Virus record (IMG/VR): IMGVR_UViG_3300034062_008235
Location: 1 to 64,000 of that record
DNA: 64,000 bases
Reading direction: 5' to 3' (one strand)
Origin: a virus
The notes beneath the pieces were generated by a model. It was not told where the DNA came from. It ran no database searches and worked only from the letters and a program-made list of their open reading frames with translations. Every line of letters starts with the position of its first letter. Positions within the stretch are counted from its first letter, which is position 1. The translations under genes and the position numbers were made by a program. Below, in pieces: positions 29,257 to 37,354 of the stretch.

Positions 29257-29981
29257 TACTTTCCTCTCAGGTTTATCATAGCCTCATTGCCCCCCATGCC
29301 CTTCCAGTTCAAAAGATCATTATTACCAATTTTGCTAGCATTCATCTCATTGTCGAAAACAAGCGTAGGGGCAGGGACGAAATATTCATCTGTAACTTCT
29401 AAAACATTATTATTATCATCATTTGTTACAATCAACATTCCAATTCCATTTGTGTTGTATTTTTCTGAATAAACTGGATATATTTTTGCTTTTGTAAACT
29501 TATAAGGAAATTGAGTCTTATCCATCCTTAACGGTGGATCAAAAATTACTTTTCTTTTAATCTTGTTCTTATCAACACTGGCAAATTGATTATCGATTCT
29601 ATTCGCCAACTTTTGAAAAGTTGTTGGCTTAGACAATACTTTTTCTTCATCTATCCTCGGAATATCCTGTGGATCATCAGGAATATTGTTTTCCAAATCA
29701 CAATTTTCTGCCAAACTAGAATTGTTAAACTTGCTTCCAGCTACAGAAAAACCATTTTTACCAAGCTTGAAACTAACCTTTTTCTTTGTATACTCGTAAA
29801 TATCAACATCGTATATAAATATATCTCTACGAGCAAGTTGTGTGAGGATATATTTAGCCAAATTTTCTACTGGATAATTTTCATCCACTTTGCCAAACTT
29901 ATTTTTAAAAATAAGCGGCTCATCCTTGTTATAATCAAGGTCTTCTTTTTGTTTATAATACTTAAATTCTATTTCAAACAT
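29256..29981 (-). CDS. hypothetical protein
   Basis: 241 aa ORF with a TAATG overlap. Confidence 0.65.
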   Translation of the reverse strand: MFEIEFKYYKQKEDLDYNKDEPLIFKNKFGKVDENYPVENLAKYILTQLARRDIFIYDVDIYEYTKKKVSFKLGKNGFSVAGSKFNNSSLAENCDLENNIPDDPQDIPRIDEEKVLSKPTTFQKLANRIDNQFASVDKNKIKRKVIFDPPLRMDKTQFPYKFTKAKIYPVYSEKYNTNGIGMLIVTNDDNNNVLEVTDEYFVPAPTLVFDNEMNASKIGNNDLLNWKGMGGNEAMINLRGK

Positions 29982-29989
29982 ATTTTAAC

Positions 29990-30574
29990 CTAGTGTTCCA
30001 TTATTAATTTTTCATCAAGTTCCACTATATCGACACCACATTTGTCAAAAAGAAATCTGCTGCCGACAGAATAGTCCTTATCTTTATTTGATAAACAAAA
30101 CAATTTTTTAATTCCAGAATTTATAATTAATTTTGTACATTCAACGCATGGTAAAGTACACCATGCGAACATATGCGCTCCATTTAAATCAGCAGATGCA
30201 TTAACTATGGCATTTGCTTCAGCATGAGCACAAGAACATAACTCAAGTCTCTCCCCAGATTTACATCCAAGAATTTTTCTTGGGCATTGTTTTGCATAAG
30301 CATGATTCTTAATAAATTCTTTTTCATCAAAATTAGGATCTATTTTGTATTTATCTTCTTCTGTAAGCTGAGGAAGAAAAATTGTTTTAAGATGTTCTGG
30401 GCTGTCACAATGAGGGGCATTTCTTGGTGGACCATTATATCCCATGCTAACAACTTTAGTTAACAAATTGTTAACAATCACAACACCAATTTTTCTTGAA
30501 TAACATGGATTTTTAAGCTCACCAAAAAGCTTAGCAGTAAGCATATACTTCTGAACAAACTCAATGTTAAACAT
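29990..30574 (-). CDS. dCMP deaminase
   Basis: GYNG, HAEANA and PCVEC motifs. Confidence 0.92.
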   Translation of the reverse strand: MFNIEFVQKYMLTAKLFGELKNPCYSRKIGVVIVNNLLTKVVSMGYNGPPRNAPHCDSPEHLKTIFLPQLTEEDKYKIDPNFDEKEFIKNHAYAKQCPRKILGCKSGERLELCSCAHAEANAIVNASADLNGAHMFAWCTLPCVECTKLIINSGIKKLFCLSNKDKDYSVGSRFLFDKCGVDIVELDEKLIMEH

Positions 30575-30613
30575 CGTATTCTCTCATGTTATAACAATAC
30601 GACAAACCTAAAT

Positions 30614-31036
30614 TTATTCATTTATTTGGAAGTTTAACTTGTCCATTTCTTTACGCAACATATGACCTCGATTGTGAGCATCTTCTCTTGAAGCGTTCAA
30701 AGCTTGCAAATGTGCGTAAATTCTATCTTTGCAATATCTGTTTTGAATGCATTCTCTTTTCAAAGCAACACATTCGTCATCACCTTCAGCTGCTAATTCT
30801 GCTGTTTTATCTGATTTGCCAAGATCTTTTTGTTCTTTGAATTTTTGAATAAATTTTCTTTTGTATTCAAGTTCTGCTACAGAAAAACATTTCATAGCCA
30901 ATGCATGACCAGCTCCAACATAATCAATAATTCCGCCTACTTTTTCAAAAAATATATTAAGAGTTGCATCCGTGAAATTTAAATCACGAGAATCAATTGT
31001 CCATTCCTGATCATCTAACGCAATCTTTTCAATCAT
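30614..31036 (-). CDS. UvsY-like recombination mediator
   Basis: 140 aa helical protein ending LRKEM, in the helicase/SSB/UvsX cluster. Confidence 0.55.
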   Translation of the reverse strand: MIEKIALDDQEWTIDSRDLNFTDATLNIFFEKVGGIIDYVGAGHALAMKCFSVAELEYKRKFIQKFKEQKDLGKSDKTAELAAEGDDECVALKRECIQNRYCKDRIYAHLQALNASREDAHNRGHMLRKEMDKLNFQINE

Positions 31037-31105
31037 GGCTCATACTACTTTCTGAGAAAAAGGGAAAACCGTGCTATCAATTCAAATTAGTAAGGTTTGC
31101 AGTCA

Positions 31106-31174
31106 TTAATTGTTGCCACCCCACTGTTGCGCCATTGCATCGGCAATTCCTTTATAAGTCCTACTCCTGATAAT
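31106..31174 (-). pseudogene. orphan C-terminal fragment of a phage cytosine-methyltransferase-like gene
   Basis: Reads IIRSRTYKGIADAMAQQWGGNN* with an in-frame stop immediately upstream and no start. Confidence 0.65.
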
Positions 31175-31196
31175 TTATTTTTTGATAAAAATAGAA

Positions 31197-32750
31197 TCAA
31201 TCAATTGGGTTAGATGGATCTTGTTGTTTTTTCTTACCTACCTTTTTAGGAGGATGGTTATTTGATGATATATTTGATGAATCAGATGTAACGCTATAAG
31301 TGTTAGCATCTTGCTGGGCTTTATTGTGCATTTTTGTCTTATATTTATCAAAATCTATTTCTGATATGGTTAACATTTCGTGATTATATTCTATTGGGAA
31401 ATGGTATCTTGATTTACCATTTCTACTTTTGATAATGAATATTCTGCCAACTTGAGCATTAGCTTCATCGGTAGTTCTATTGATAGACCATAAACCATCA
31501 AGAGGCTTAAACATGTCAAAAGACGCACCGATGTTGCCTTCTTCAATAAATTCCGATGAAGACAATTCAGATGCTGACTTATTCGGTTGCATTGCAGTAA
31601 ATACAAGCATTTTCTTTTCACAAGCAAGTCCTCTTAGGTCACGAATGATTCTATACTTAGATTCCCAAACAGCAACTCCCGGTGTATCTTTCATTTCTCC
31701 GGGATAATCAACAACCAAAAGGTCTGGAACAAATCCATATAACTCCAATTGGTTTAAATAAGCTCGAATATCATTAACATCAATACTACCAGCAGGAAAT
31801 TGCTTAACTACCAATCTGTTCTTGTCTTCGTATTCAAGTGTTTTATATTCAAGGATGTTTTTTACTTCATCTTTTTGACTAGCAAGCTTATTATATGGCA
31901 TTCCGACATAAGCTGATGTGAATCTTTTAGAAATAGAAACCCAATCCATTTCTACAGAAATAAACGCTACTTTAAACCCTTTGTTTACATTTTCAACAGC
32001 TGCTTTAACCAAAGCCAAAGATTTACCAACACCGGGTAGTGCTATAAAAGCATAAATTTCACCACGTCTTGGTCCACCACCAGATATCTCAAAATCAATT
32101 GACAAAAATCCTGATGTAAACTTATCAACTCTTTCTTCATCTTTAGATAATTCTGTGAAGAATTGTTCTATTTGATTAAAATATTGGAAACCTGCATCAA
32201 ATGTCTTTGACACTAACATGCAATTACGAAATCTCTCATAAACCTTAGCCCAGATTTCTTCTGAATCTGGATTCTTCTTAAGATCTCTTTGGCTTTCTTC
32301 CATTGCTATTCTAAGACTTTGTATCTTGGAAAAATTAAGCAATTTATTAAACAAAATATCTCTTGATGCTTGGTTAGGTATAAAGAAATCATAAAGCGAT
32401 TGAAGTTCTGATCTATAATAAACTTTAATTGCATCTGATTTTTCTCTTACTTTCTCAAGCAAATCGTTTTCCATAATCATCCTGTCAGGTATTCCTGTAG
32501 GATGATCATCAAATAATTTAAATAAAATGCGACATGTTTCTACATGAACTTCATTAGAAAAATATTCAGGAGAAATAAGAGCTTTTCCCTGAAGAAGAAA
32601 ATTCCTATCTGTTAAAAGAATACCTAAAATTCTTCTTTGGAAATTTTCATCCCAACGAAATTTAGTCTGAGTATTCTGTTGTTGAAGCATAGTCTCCAAC
32701 AACTTTTGTTGATCTTCGGTAAGTTTAGCTTCCATACTAAAAATCCTCAA
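31197..32750 (-). CDS. gp41/DnaB-like replicative helicase
   Basis: ALPGVGKS, SVEM, VKQFPAG, VVDY, TAMQPN and IIKSRNG motifs. Confidence 0.92.
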   Translation of the reverse strand: MRIFSMEAKLTEDQQKLLETMLQQQNTQTKFRWDENFQRRILGILLTDRNFLLQGKALISPEYFSNEVHVETCRILFKLFDDHPTGIPDRMIMENDLLEKVREKSDAIKVYYRSELQSLYDFFIPNQASRDILFNKLLNFSKIQSLRIAMEESQRDLKKNPDSEEIWAKVYERFRNCMLVSKTFDAGFQYFNQIEQFFTELSKDEERVDKFTSGFLSIDFEISGGGPRRGEIYAFIALPGVGKSLALVKAAVENVNKGFKVAFISVEMDWVSISKRFTSAYVGMPYNKLASQKDEVKNILEYKTLEYEDKNRLVVKQFPAGSIDVNDIRAYLNQLELYGFVPDLLVVDYPGEMKDTPGVAVWESKYRIIRDLRGLACEKKMLVFTAMQPNKSASELSSSEFIEEGNIGASFDMFKPLDGLWSINRTTDEANAQVGRIFIIKSRNGKSRYHFPIEYNHEMLTISEIDFDKYKTKMHNKAQQDANTYSVTSDSSNISSNNHPPKKVGKKKQQDPSNPID

Positions 32751-33301
32751 ATATACAAGTGTTCGTGTTCACTAAGTGAAACTTGACCTACTCGAATATG
32801 TTTTTCTTTAGTAATTCTCTTGCCGACATGCCTAGTAGCATTCCATATGATCTGCTTTGTGTAAATAACAAACTTGGCATTAATCATAAGTTTTAAACCA
32901 ATGTCAGGTCTTTCTTGTGATGGAACAAATTTTTTAACTAATTTCTCCAGAATTTCCTCTTGAGGATCACCAAATTTGCGACGATATGCTCCATGATGTG
33001 TCTTATTTTTCCATAGATCTTTTAAAGAATCAAAAATTTTTCTAAATATCCCATCTTGCGGAACATGTTTTTCAACTGTATCAAATGATGATTCAATATA
33101 AGTTTGTCTTTTATAATAACTACCTGCCCTTATAACAGACATAAGAAGCTCTTGTTTGATATCTTCTACATCTAACTGATGATTATTACGAGAATTATTA
33201 GACATTAATTGCCAACTGGCATAAAGACACAACTGACCAAACTTTTCCTCAAGTTCTTTAAATTCCTCTGAGTTAATCTTAAACATCTGAAATATCTTCA
33301 T
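32747..33301 (-). CDS. hypothetical protein, possible divergent sigma region-2 protein
   Basis: DVEDIKQELLMSVIRA ... FVIYTKQIIWN ... VSLSE. Confidence 0.45.
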   Translation of the reverse strand: MKIFQMFKINSEEFKELEEKFGQLCLYASWQLMSNNSRNNHQLDVEDIKQELLMSVIRAGSYYKRQTYIESSFDTVEKHVPQDGIFRKIFDSLKDLWKNKTHHGAYRRKFGDPQEEILEKLVKKFVPSQERPDIGLKLMINAKFVIYTKQIIWNATRHVGKRITKEKHIRVGQVSLSEHEHLYI

Positions 33302-33355
33302 TTCAATTACCTCCTTGAAACGTAAGGTGTAGTATCAACCTTTAATGTAATTGAG

Positions 33356-34666
33356 TCAAACTTCAGAATAATTTTTCAAAAATGCTAAATTTTCGCCAAA
33401 CTTAGTATCAACAATAAATCTTAAGGGCTTATAGTCAGAAAATTCTTTCTGCAAAGTATCTTTAATTTGCAATACAGATAATTTTAATTTTTCCTTTTTA
33501 ACAGCAAAAACAAAACAATCGTGAATTGAAAACAATAATCTAAAATCTTTAGTTTCAATTGATTTTATTTCATTCATCTTCATAAAACAAAATACTGCTG
33601 CTGGTGAATGTACAGAAAAATTCATGGCTTTATATCCCTCATCTGCAATAAAATTTTTCTTTCTTTTGAAGTAATCAAGACAATAGCCAAAATTTATTGC
33701 TTGAGCAGACTGCTGTGAAACATAATCAAACGCTTTGCTAAATAAAGTCTTTATTTTATTCAAATAAGTCTTGGCTTCCAAAATAGAACAACCTAAAGAT
33801 TCTGATAACTTAGCTGGAGAAATACCATAAATACTTGGTAAAAATATCTTCTTACCTAAATCTTTATAGTTTTTATTTTCAAAATTATTTAAATCAAGAA
33901 CATATTGAGCAATTTGTTCATACGGATGACATGTGTTATACAATAATGTATTTAAGTTAGCATCATTACTCAAAAATGCCAAAACATATAACTCCAATGC
34001 CTTAAAGTCAAACGATACAAATATTTCATCTTCTGATAAAACAAAATTTTTCTTAATTTCATAAGTCAAAGTATGTGGATTAAAATTTCTATTAGAAAAA
34101 ACTTTAGAATTCAATCTTCCATTTTCTTGCAATCTTGATGAATAATAAGGATAAACAAATGTAGCTTCACTATCCAATATGATAGCTTGATTTTCCATGT
34201 GTGGAATTGTTTCACATATTAATTTTTGAAAAACATTTTTATATATTTCAAAACTATCATGCTTAATAAATTTCAAAAATATAGAAACTATGTCAGTCAT
34301 TTTTTCAAAAGAACAACTTATATCATTGTAATCACAATACCAATTTAAATCAAAAAATACTTTAAAATCAATTTGTTTAGTACAATTTTGTTTCAAACAA
34401 AAAGAATGAAATAACTTAGAATCTAAACAAATTATCGGTCGATTATATTCTCTTAAACAATTATTCACATGGTGTACAAACGAACATGTATTGTTTTGAT
34501 GTAATTTTATTTCAAATTTAGATCCTCTTGGTCCTTCAAGTTTTATATGAAGTAAAAGATTTTGTTTATCAGTTAAATCGGGTTGATTTAAAATTTGCAA
34601 ATAAATAAATGGCTCGACACAAAATGTGTCGAAAATGTTTTCAAAAGTGGTTTTGTCAATACTCAC
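33356..34666 (-). CDS. divergent family A DNA polymerase domain protein
   Basis: NGRLNS, motif A SFDFKALELY, motif B GKKIFLPSIYG, motif C SIHDC. Confidence 0.8.
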   Translation of the reverse strand: MSIDKTTFENIFDTFCVEPFIYLQILNQPDLTDKQNLLLHIKLEGPRGSKFEIKLHQNNTCSFVHHVNNCLREYNRPIICLDSKLFHSFCLKQNCTKQIDFKVFFDLNWYCDYNDISCSFEKMTDIVSIFLKFIKHDSFEIYKNVFQKLICETIPHMENQAIILDSEATFVYPYYSSRLQENGRLNSKVFSNRNFNPHTLTYEIKKNFVLSEDEIFVSFDFKALELYVLAFLSNDANLNTLLYNTCHPYEQIAQYVLDLNNFENKNYKDLGKKIFLPSIYGISPAKLSESLGCSILEAKTYLNKIKTLFSKAFDYVSQQSAQAINFGYCLDYFKRKKNFIADEGYKAMNFSVHSPAAVFCFMKMNEIKSIETKDFRLLFSIHDCFVFAVKKEKLKLSVLQIKDTLQKEFSDYKPLRFIVDTKFGENLAFLKNYSEV

Positions 34667-34672
34667 ACCAAA

Positions 34673-34701
34673 AATCTACGATTACTAAAAACTTAAGTCA
34701 A
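34673..34701 (-). promoter_or_regulatory. sigma70-type promoter, leaderless
   Basis: TTGACT-N17-TAGATT-N6-GTG. Confidence 0.65.
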
Positions 34702-34720
34702 ACATAATTTTTATTTTTTT

Positions 34721-34735
34721 TGGCACACTTTTTGC
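34721..34735 (+). promoter_or_regulatory. sigma54 -24/-12 motif
   Basis: TGGCACACTTTTTGC = GG-N10-GC consensus. Confidence 0.65.
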
Positions 34736-34937
34736 TTCGCGCGTTTATACTAAGTATTTATATTCATCTTCAATTACTTCGTAATTGAAGATGCTTTAGT
34801 TTAAGTGGTACTAATTTACTCTTCGCTTCGCTCAGAGTAAATTAGCACCACTTAATAAAATATGATTTATTAAATAATCAAAATTAGAACTAATACTTAT
34901 TAAGTTAATTATATTAATACTTAGTATTAATTAATAC

Positions 34938-34952
34938 GCAAAAATCGTGCCA
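34938..34952 (-). promoter_or_regulatory. sigma54 -24/-12 motif (convergent copy)
   Basis: Minus strand TGGCACGATTTTTGC = GG-N10-GC consensus. Confidence 0.65.
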
Positions 34953-35126
34953 AATGACAAACAAAACAAGAAATATTTTTAGCTCGTAAAATCGCTTTAA
35001 ACGCATTTAGTGTTAAAAATCGACCTGAGTCTCACTTGGATGTAGAAACGAATTCCTAGCCATGTTTATTAACGAATAAACGGCATATGTGACTGGAATG
35101 ATCCCCATATAATTTCAAACTCAAGT

Positions 35127-35155
35127 TTGACTTTTAAGATTGAATGGATTAGAGT
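35127..35155 (+). promoter_or_regulatory. sigma70-type promoter, leaderless
   Basis: TTGACT-N17-TAGAGT-N6-ATG, mirroring the promoter at 34673-34701. Confidence 0.65.
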
Positions 35156-35161
35156 AAAAAC

Positions 35162-35866
35162 ATGCGACAGATTTTTAAAACATCTACAGAACAACTGCTT
35201 AGTCTATCTGATGATTCAGATATGGTTTTTGCTTATCATTTGTTGATATATTATCTTAATTCTGAGTATCATTATTTTCCTGACTATAACCACACAAAAT
35301 TTAATGATTTAAAACCTATAAGAAAACAATCAGCGTTTAAGTATCTTTTGAAATTTGTGAAAGATAAAAAAGAAATTTTCAAAGCGCCAGCTGAGTATTT
35401 TATTTTTATAAAAGCTCAAATGGAGATTATTAAAATCTTAGAAAACAAAAATCCAATTATAAATCCAAGCCTATTGATTGGCGAAAAAGCTGAAAAAAGA
35501 TATTTTGTTTGGATTAAGAAAATGCGAGAAAATAAGATGATGACAAAAACTGTCACGAGAAAACTTGAAGATAGATTTATATCATCTGCTTTTGAAAATA
35601 CTATTGTATCTTTGAAAGATACATTAGGAGATAATTTTACATATGAAAATTTTTACAAAAATATTAGAAGAATATTATTGCAGATAAGAGCTAAACAAAT
35701 TGATCCTATTTGGTGTTTTGTTAGCGAATGGGTTAATAAGTTACCAGACGACATAAAAAATGAAATTATTAGTTTAACAGAATGTGAAAAATATAAAGAC
35801 TATAATGTTGATGATATAAAAAAAATTTACAATGAAAAGTTTAACAATTTATCTCAAGAGACATAA
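35162..35866 (+). CDS. hypothetical protein adjacent to the candidate origin
   Basis: 234 aa basic/aromatic helical ORF. Confidence 0.7.
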   Translation: MRQIFKTSTEQLLSLSDDSDMVFAYHLLIYYLNSEYHYFPDYNHTKFNDLKPIRKQSAFKYLLKFVKDKKEIFKAPAEYFIFIKAQMEIIKILENKNPIINPSLLIGEKAEKRYFVWIKKMRENKMMTKTVTRKLEDRFISSAFENTIVSLKDTLGDNFTYENFYKNIRRILLQIRAKQIDPIWCFVSEWVNKLPDDIKNEIISLTECEKYKDYNVDDIKKIYNEKFNNLSQET

Positions 35867-35874
35867 ATAATTTT

Positions 35875-36204
35875 ATGAAACAACAATCTGATGATCCTTT
35901 GGAATTTTTAAAGAATAGGCGTAAAGGGGCGCAAAATAATGCTGCTGATGCTAAAGCAAAAGGCGGTGATGCTATTCTTTCCTATTATCATTTTGAAGCA
36001 AAGGATAAACCTTATGCAGAAGTGATGAAAGCCCTTAAAAACGATGGATTGAAAACAGCTATCAAATTTAGTAAAGACCAAACTAAATCAATTATGAAAG
36101 AATTAGATTTTATTAATGATACTCAAAAAGATTTTCAAGCTTTAATGGGGAAAATTGAAGTTTATGGAGAATGTTATATTAAACTTTCATCTATTGATCA
36201 ATAA
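35875..36204 (+). CDS. hypothetical protein
   Basis: TAAATA-N5-ATG start. Confidence 0.65.
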   Translation: MKQQSDDPLEFLKNRRKGAQNNAADAKAKGGDAILSYYHFEAKDKPYAEVMKALKNDGLKTAIKFSKDQTKSIMKELDFINDTQKDFQALMGKIEVYGECYIKLSSIDQ

Positions 36205-37007
36205 GTTTTAAATATATTTTCAATAATTGTTGTAATCTCATTTTTATTCTGATCTACGCTAAAATATTCGTCCCATTCAGGGGTCTGAGGTTCATAATTA
36301 TAGAGCAAGTGAGGAGCAGAATATTCGGCACCCCAACATCGAATTAACCCTTTGTGTTTGATAAATTCTACATAAATATTAAATTGATTCACTTTTCTTT
36401 GACCGGGAGCTTCAAGACCTAAACCATGATACGAAAAATATATGATATATGTATTAATGTTTTCTTTTATCACACCTTGGTAACTCATTACTTTTGGATG
36501 CTTTAATTTCATATTCATAGCAAGCATAATTACTAATTCTTCAAGCGAATCATATTTTTGTTTGGGCGTTTCCAAAGCCGTTTTATCAATATATTCAGCC
36601 AATTCAAAAATCCTAGTAGCTAACATTTTTTCAACAGCAATGTCTTCTACAGTCATATGTTCGTAATCATTAACAACAGGAATAGAATAACGAGTAACCC
36701 AAGTTAATTCACCTTCCAAATCACTAATTCTTCTCATTATCGTTACACGACAAGAACCAAGAGGACTAAATTTAAGACGAATTGACCCGACTTGATTACT
36801 GTCTCCATAATTAATCATAGATCCAAAATCTTTAACAGGTTCTTTTATTCCTATTTTACCTAAATTGATTATTTCATCTAAAACAGTTTCGATTTTTAAA
36901 GGTTCTACTGGTTCTTCGTTATAACGAAGCTGACCTTTAGTAGAAACAACTTTGTCAAAACCGAAAACAACATCAGGTGATTTACCAACCCATTCAGTAA
37001 ACTTCAT
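36198..37007 (-). CDS. hypothetical protein with CTS-like N-terminus
   Basis: MKFTEWV; GGAG SD. Confidence 0.65.
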   Translation of the reverse strand: MKFTEWVGKSPDVVFGFDKVVSTKGQLRYNEEPVEPLKIETVLDEIINLGKIGIKEPVKDFGSMINYGDSNQVGSIRLKFSPLGSCRVTIMRRISDLEGELTWVTRYSIPVVNDYEHMTVEDIAVEKMLATRIFELAEYIDKTALETPKQKYDSLEELVIMLAMNMKLKHPKVMSYQGVIKENINTYIIYFSYHGLGLEAPGQRKVNQFNIYVEFIKHKGLIRCWGAEYSAPHLLYNYEPQTPEWDEYFSVDQNKNEITTIIENIFKTY

Positions 37008-37036
37008 AAAAATTCTCCATAAATCTATATAGTCAT

Positions 37037-37354
37037 ATGATTACTTTCATACAATTTTTAGAAGCTACAGAAAATGAAAAAGAAGTTAAAAAAAATGCTT
37101 TTAAAAATCAATTACAATTAAATATTGATAATGATCAAGGATTTACTATCAACCTATCCAAGCTTGATATTGAAAAGATAAAGACTCGATTGAAAAGTTG
37201 GAGTAAATATGATCAAATGAGCAAGGAAGACAAGGCAATGATAAAAAGTATTATTGGTAAACCATCATCTACGTTAAATGATTTATTTAATGCTTTTTAC
37301 AATGTTGTCAATCGAAAAACTGAAGAGAGTGACCTTCCTTCTCCAAAATTCTAA
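37037..37354 (+). CDS. small protein with CTS-like N-terminus
   Basis: MITFIQFLEATE; TATATA-N5-ATG. Confidence 0.65.
   Translation: MITFIQFLEATENEKEVKKNAFKNQLQLNIDNDQGFTINLSKLDIEKIKTRLKSWSKYDQMSKEDKAMIKSIIGKPSSTLNDLFNAFYNVVNRKTEESDLPSPKF

Larger units (their letters stand above)
34721..34952. other. nested inverted-repeat element, candidate replication origin
   Basis: Outer inverted sigma54-like motifs, 12-bp IR (34747-58/34916-27), 13-bp and 22-bp hairpins, and AT-rich palindromes. Confidence 0.55.
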
